Below, in pieces: positions 35,509 to 39,759 of a stretch of 39,759 nucleotides of DNA. Under the pieces are notes generated by a model. That model saw only the letters and a program-made list of their open reading frames with translations. It was not told where the DNA came from and made no database searches. The DNA is taken from positions 1-39,759 of the IMG/VR virus record IMGVR_UViG_3300045410_000071; one strand, 5' to 3'. The stretch is from a virus. Lineage: Duplodnaviria > Caudoviricetes. Within the stretch, counting starts at the first letter, position 1; every line of letters starts with the position of its first letter. The translations under genes were made by a program, and so were the position numbers.

Positions 35509-35740
35509 TTTCGCCAGTGAGTTCGGATCTCTGCAATTTTGGAATGTAGTACTCGATCATGCGCAAGAAGATGTCCGCCGCTTTATCCGGATCATCCACA
35601 GCAACACGCGATATCCATTCCTCCAACTTCTGCACGTTGCGTTCGGCGATGAGCGCAATCGCCTTGCGTACGTCCGCAGTCGCGCGATTGGGCTTGCCCT
35701 TGCGACTGCCGGCGAGTTTATTTTGTTTTTCAAATGGCAT
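35438..35740 (-). CDS. terS: Terminase small subunit
   Basis: FEKQNK.AGSRKGKPNRAT...PKLQRSELTGENGGPVKIE; directly upstream of terL. Confidence 0.75.
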   Translation of the reverse strand: MPFEKQNKLAGSRKGKPNRATADVRKAIALIAERNVQKLEEWISRVAVDDPDKAADIFLRMIEYYIPKLQRSELTGENGGPVKIEKIERTIVENTKAPDG

Positions 35741-35799
35741 TTTCACTTCATGTCACTTTGACATGCGCATTCGCCAGCGAATGCGCTCGACCTGGTTCA

Positions 35800-36255
35800 T
35801 CACCCGATCGTCAGCGTGATCGTCACCGACGTCGGCACACCGGGCAGCACCGGCACGACGATCAGCTTCGAGGCCTGGACACTGAAGCCGCTCTTACCGG
35901 CGGCGTTCACGGCTCGGATTCGGAAGTACAGCGTCTGCCCGTTGGTCACCGTGGTCGAGTACGGGAACGTCACCGTCGATCCGGTCACCGTGGCCACGGG
36001 CGCCGCGACGGAGTCGTCCGGGATCGGTGCGGTGCTCGCGTAGATCTCGTAGCCGGTGATGGCCGAGGCGGCGTCCAGCGGCACCTCATCGCAAGGCGTG
36101 ATGCCGACGGTGCAGCCCTTGGTCACCGCCGGCCAGGACAGATCGGCCTTGCCGGGCACGCTCTGCGCGTGCGCCTGCGTGAATGACAGCGCCACGCACG
36201 CAATGAAAAACAGCACTGCGCCCGTCAAGACTCGCTTCATCGTTCGTTCGGTCAT
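35800..36255 (-). CDS. Secreted fibronectin type III-like protein
   Basis: Signal MKRVLTGAVLFFIACVALSFTQAHA; LSWPAV, ITGYEIY, YFRIRAVNAAGKSGFS. Confidence 0.75.
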   Translation of the reverse strand: MTERTMKRVLTGAVLFFIACVALSFTQAHAQSVPGKADLSWPAVTKGCTVGITPCDEVPLDAASAITGYEIYASTAPIPDDSVAAPVATVTGSTVTFPYSTTVTNGQTLYFRIRAVNAAGKSGFSVQASKLIVVPVLPGVPTSVTITLTIG

Positions 36256-36279
36256 CGTCGTCTCCTCAATCGTTCCAAG

Positions 36280-36948
36280 TTACTTTACGTGAGCCCAAGT
36301 GCGGCCGATCCTCGCTGATTTGACCGTCATGCGATCTACGTTCAGCAGCAGACCAAGCTGCGCATCGGTCAACTGAGATTGCCGGATAAGCCTTACGCTT
36401 TCGGCCGTCAGTTTCGGCTTCATTGGGCCCTTCTTCGGTAGCAACGTGATCGGCGCAACACTGATATGCGCCCAGCGTTGCCCATTTCTCGCCTGCTTTA
36501 TCACGTGCCAGCTCACGCCGAACTTCTCAGCCCAATGACGATCCGGCATTGGCGTCAGTCTGATTTCTGTGACCTGTTGTTCGGACAGATGCGCGCCGTT
36601 TTTTTCGCCACGCGATTGTGTTCCATGCATGATGCGGTCAGCGGCGTTTTCAGTGGGCGTGCCCCATTCCAAATTAGCGAGCCTTGGATCGGTGCGAACG
36701 CCGTTCAGGTGCCTTGCCTCCATGCCCCGCGGACACGGCCCACGGAATGCGAAGAGCACTAATCGGTGAACTAGCACGGTCTGGCCTCGGTTCTCCTTCC
36801 ACAGAGAAACCCTCAAATAGCCATCGCGCTTGTTGCCGGTCAGTTTCTTCAAAACGCCAGCGGTCGTGCGAACTCGCCCCAGATCAGAGACTTCGTATAA
36901 CCGCTCGTACCCCACTGTCGGACGCCAAAGCTCCGTTAATCCATCCAC
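36280..36948 (-). CDS. NUMOD4-HNH homing endonuclease
   Basis: LWRPTVGYERLYEVSDLGRVR; VHRLVLFAFRG..RHLNG...NLEW..ENAAD; start uncertain. Confidence 0.88.
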   Translation of the reverse strand: MDGLTELWRPTVGYERLYEVSDLGRVRTTAGVLKKLTGNKRDGYLRVSLWKENRGQTVLVHRLVLFAFRGPCPRGMEARHLNGVRTDPRLANLEWGTPTENAADRIMHGTQSRGEKNGAHLSEQQVTEIRLTPMPDRHWAEKFGVSWHVIKQARNGQRWAHISVAPITLLPKKGPMKPKLTAESVRLIRQSQLTDAQLGLLLNVDRMTVKSARIGRTWAHVK

Positions 36949-37061
36949 GTAACTTTCCCTCCGAGACGCCTGCAATCCTCTTCGACCACGTGCCGCTGCC
37001 GGCGCAGCTCATCGCCGTACGTGCGCCGCCACCAGGCGTGCAGTGCGCGCAGCCAGTTCAC
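36936..37061 (-). CDS. Hypothetical 41-aa protein
   Basis: GTGA overlap with upstream nuclease gene. Confidence 0.45.
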   Translation of the reverse strand: MNWLRALHAWWRRTYGDELRRQRHVVEEDCRRLGGKVTWMD

Positions 37062-37357
37062 GCCGATGCCCTCGCGCCAGAGTCGCGCATCACATCGTCC
37101 TTCGATCGCCACACCAGCACGCGCCCGCCGCACGCGGCAACCTCGGCCAGGAACTTGCGCTGGTCGTGCGTGAACTCGTCCGCGTGACCTTCCTTCGCCG
37201 GATCCTTCACCTCGATCGCAAACCACTGGCCGCGACGCAGGCCCAACCAGTCGCACGGCGTATCCAGCTTCCAGAATCGCCAGCCGAGCTTGACGGCGAA
37301 GCTGATCACTGCGGGCTCGACGGCATCGCGACGCGCAGCGTGACGTGGCATCGTCAT
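37058..37357 (-). CDS. VRR-NUC-like PD-(D/E)xK nuclease (possible resolvase)
   Basis: PCDWL...FAIEVKDP...FTHDQRKF. Confidence 0.75.
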   Translation of the reverse strand: MTMPRHAARRDAVEPAVISFAVKLGWRFWKLDTPCDWLGLRRGQWFAIEVKDPAKEGHADEFTHDQRKFLAEVAACGGRVLVWRSKDDVMRDSGARASA

Positions 37358-37587
37358 CGCGATCCGCTCGCCAGATGCCATTTTCCGCACGCCCAGCACT
37401 TGTACGTGTACCGCTCCGCGCCGCGCAGGCCACCGCGGGCATTGCGCTTGCGTCGCACTTGGGCAAGCGCACGCTTCGCCTCGATCGATGAATACGCAAC
37501 CTTGGCGCAGCCGTGAGGCGTGCGCTCGCGGCGCCGGAAGTAGGCTTCCAGCGCATCGAGCACCATGGTGGCGTCGCTGATCTGCAT
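37354..37587 (-). CDS. Small Zn-finger-like phage protein
   Basis: C.KVAY...YKCWACGKWHLAS. Confidence 0.65.
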   Translation of the reverse strand: MQISDATMVLDALEAYFRRRERTPHGCAKVAYSSIEAKRALAQVRRKRNARGGLRGAERYTYKCWACGKWHLASGSR

Positions 37588-37590
37588 GGC

Positions 37591-38160
37591 TTAGTGCGCC
37601 CGGCGTTCGCCGTTCTTGCGAGGTCGGCCGCGGCCTCGTTTCGGCGTCGCTGGTTGCTCGCCGTCACCATGCTTGTTCAGCGGCAGATACTGCTGCGCAC
37701 CGGGCGGCTCAGCGCGGATCTCCACTTCCGCGGCGTTGCCGAATTGCTCGAAGAGCTCCGCGAGCGTCTCGTCCAGCGTCGGCGCCGTCGTGACCTTGCA
37801 CGACAACGCGGTCTTGCCTCCGTCGCACAGCGCGAGCTTGATCTTGCTGAGCTTGCAATCCGCGAATGCCATCTCGTTCGCATCGAGGCCGTAGGTGAGC
37901 GCGACGTAAGCGCTCTCGATGGATCCGTCGAGCTCGAGCGCCTTGAAGCACTTCAGGAACGGCACCGCGCCGTCAGGACCGTCGTTGTACAGCGAGCGCC
38001 AGGCGTGCGGCTCGCGGATGAACGCGTTCAGTTCGCGCTCATCGAGCATCACTTCCTTCACCTCGAAGGTCAGCGTGCGAATCTCCACGCCGTCTTTTTC
38101 CTTCACCTTGGCCGAGCTGTCGCCACCAAGCGTGCAATCGCGTTTGTCGAGTGTGAGCAT
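37591..38160 (-). CDS. Hypothetical protein with C-terminal AT-hook-like motif
   Basis: AGGAGG SD; ends PKRGRGRPRK. Confidence 0.7.
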   Translation of the reverse strand: MLTLDKRDCTLGGDSSAKVKEKDGVEIRTLTFEVKEVMLDERELNAFIREPHAWRSLYNDGPDGAVPFLKCFKALELDGSIESAYVALTYGLDANEMAFADCKLSKIKLALCDGGKTALSCKVTTAPTLDETLAELFEQFGNAAEVEIRAEPPGAQQYLPLNKHGDGEQPATPKRGRGRPRKNGERRAH

Positions 38161-38168
38161 GTGGCCTC

Positions 38169-39759
38169 CTAAGTCTCGGCCACTGGTTGGTACGTCTTCG
38201 CCGTCAGCCCGAACGTCCAGGCAACGGCTTCGCTAGCGGTCTTCACCTCCGGCGGCACGCGCAGGAAATAATCCTTGATCGAGCCGTCCGGCTCGGGCGT
38301 GGAGTTGCGCACCTCGACCATCAAGAGATCGCTGTCGTCGGGCCGCTCCTTGCGCCACAGCTTGCCGCGATTGTCCTCGTGCACCAGCGTTGCGCCGGCG
38401 TCGTGCAGGTAGCGTGCATGCCCATAGCGCGCGATCATCACGCGGCGCACTTCCGCATTGCGCTCCGAGTCGATGAGCGCCACGGTAATCCGCTCCGGCT
38501 GCTCGATGATCCAGCCGGGCACGCGCACGCCGTGGATCGCGTAGACGCCCCAGCCGTCCGGCCACGCAACCGCAGGACCATCGGCGCAGTGCAAGCGATG
38601 CGAGCCCCAGCCGCGCGGACGCTCGGGGTTGACGAGCTCGCGATGGATGACGGTCGGCCGCTCGCACACCATCACGAAGTCACGATGCGGATACCACCAG
38701 CAGGCCGATTGCATCGTCTGTTCGTAGGAGATGCCGCGCGACCAAAGATCGTTTGGCAACTCCAGGTTGCAGACTTCGCGAAAGAACGAGGTGAAGGCAC
38801 CGCCCCAGTACCACCCGCTCACCCAGAACTGGCCGCCGATGTAGTTGCTCCAGCCGCGGCGGATTACTTCCATGACGGCTGCATGGATCTCATTCGCTTG
38901 TGCGCCGCCAACCGCGCCGCCAACCGCGTCGCCAACCGCGTCGCCAACCGCGCCGTCAACCGCGCCGCGAACCGCGACGCGAACCGCGCCGCCAACCGCG
39001 CCGCGAACCGCGCCGTCAACCGCGCCGCCAACCGCGCCGCGAACCGCGACGTCAACCGCGTCGCCAACCGCGCCGCCAACCGCGTCGCCAACCGCGCCGT
39101 CAACCGCGTCGCCAACCGCGCCGCCAACCGCGTCGCCAACCGCGCCGTCAACCGCGTCGCCAACCGCGACGCGAACCGCGCCGTCAACCGCGTCGCCAAC
39201 CGCGCCGTCAACCGCGCCGCGAACCGCGACGTCAACCGCGTCGCCAACCGCGCCGCCAACCGCGTCGCCAACCGCGCCGTCAACCGCGTCGCCAACCGCG
39301 ACGCGAACCGCGCCGTCAACCGCGTCGCCAACCGCGCCGCCAACCGCGCCGCCAACCGCGCCGCCAACCGCGCCGCGAACCGCGACGTCAACCGCGTCGC
39401 CAACCGCGCCGCCAACCGCGTCGCCAACCGCGCCGCCAACCGCGACGCGAACCGCGCCGTCAACCGCGTCGCCAACCGCGCCGTCAACCGCGTCGCCAAC
39501 CGCGCCGCCAACCGCGCCGCGAACCGCGCCGTCAACCGCGCCGCCAACCGCGCCGCGAACCGCGACGTCAACCGCGTCGCCAACCGCGCCGCCAACCGCG
39601 TCGCCAACCGCGCCGCCAACCGCGTCGCCAACCGCGCCGCGAACCGCGCCGTCAACCGCGCCGCGAACCGCGACGCGAACCGCGCCGCCAACCGCGCCGC
39701 GAACCGCGCCGTCAACCGCGCCGCCAACCGCGCCGCGAACCGCGACGTCAACCGCGTCG
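38169..39759 (-). CDS. 3' part of DUF6745-like protein (repeat region plus C-terminal domain)
   Basis: Repeat frame runs AVGG-AQANEIHAAVMEVIRRGW...CWWYPH..CERP..RLHCADGPAVAWPDGWGVYAIHGVRVP..ERNAEVRRVMI..NSTPEPDG..YFLRVPP..AVAWTFG. Confidence 0.85.
   Translation of the reverse strand, partial: DAVDVAVRGAVGGAVDGAVRGAVGGAVRVAVRGAVDGAVRGAVGDAVGGAVGDAVGGAVGDAVDVAVRGAVGGAVDGAVRGAVGGAVGDAVDGAVGDAVDGAVRVAVGGAVGDAVGGAVGDAVDVAVRGAVGGAVGGAVGGAVGDAVDGAVRVAVGDAVDGAVGDAVGGAVGDAVDVAVRGAVDGAVGDAVDGAVRVAVGDAVDGAVGDAVGGAVGDAVDGAVGDAVGGAVGDAVDVAVRGAVGGAVDGAVRGAVGGAVRVAVRGAVDGAVGDAVGDAVGGAVGGAQANEIHAAVMEVIRRGWSNYIGGQFWVSGWYWGGAFTSFFREVCNLELPNDLWSRGISYEQTMQSACWWYPHRDFVMVCERPTVIHRELVNPERPRGWGSHRLHCADGPAVAWPDGWGVYAIHGVRVPGWIIEQPERITVALIDSERNAEVRRVMIARYGHARYLHDAGATLVHEDNRGKLWRKERPDDSDLLMVEVRNSTPEPDGSIKDYFLRVPPEVKTASEAVAWTFGLTAKTYQPVAET
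38902..39759. repeat. 12-bp coding tandem repeat, right part (~71 units)
   Basis: Same unit family as 1-158, with higher-order blocks. Confidence 0.97.

Larger units (their letters stand above)
1..39759. mobile_element. Temperate P22-like phage genome, apparently complete, excised/circular form (intact attP)
   Basis: Immunity, replication, recombination, integration, packaging, head, tail and lysis modules all present; no host genes; both ends lie in the same 12-bp repeat and join in phase and in frame. Confidence 0.92.

Noticed and set aside
38864-39751. Plus-strand 295-aa ORF (TARLAARL...)
   Set aside because: Antisense shadow of the 12-bp repeat; the minus frame joins two recognisable domains
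38902-39759. Repeat array as CRISPR or telomere-like end
   Set aside because: No unique spacers, no cas genes, 12-nt period, fully in frame within a CDS

Overview
The window looks like an essentially complete (~39.8 kb), GC-rich, temperate P22-like (short-tailed) phage genome of a probable proteobacterial host. It is opened inside a long 12-bp coding tandem repeat whose two ends join in phase and in frame. Lambdoid layout: cro/cI switch with two clusters of ACGG-N4-CCGT operators; a minus-strand early/late unit (cro, cII-like, O-like, P-like, DUF6745-like cassette, VRR-NUC, HNH, terS/terL, portal, scaffold, coat, gp4/gp10-like, ejection proteins, tail fibres, lysis); and a plus-strand early unit (ERF, lambda-type exonuclease, DUF1367-like, ParB, ECF sigma, Lar, Xis, Int). 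Most striking: (1) an 81-aa moron gene with a twin-arginine-type signal whose mature part is a patchwork of three separate segments of the phage's own portal protein, one 51/52 nt identical to the portal gene; (2) an intact attP carrying a MutS-type HTP(I/M)MQQ core and an in-frame replacement start, implying integration into mutS; (3) an integrase N-terminal paralogue fused to an HNH-like nuclease between int and attP; (4) SET-domain, 2OG-Fe(II) oxygenase and glycosyltransferase genes inside the virion operon; (5) an orphan ECF sigma factor with no recognisable Q antiterminator. Family calls come from motif recognition by eye; no database search was run.
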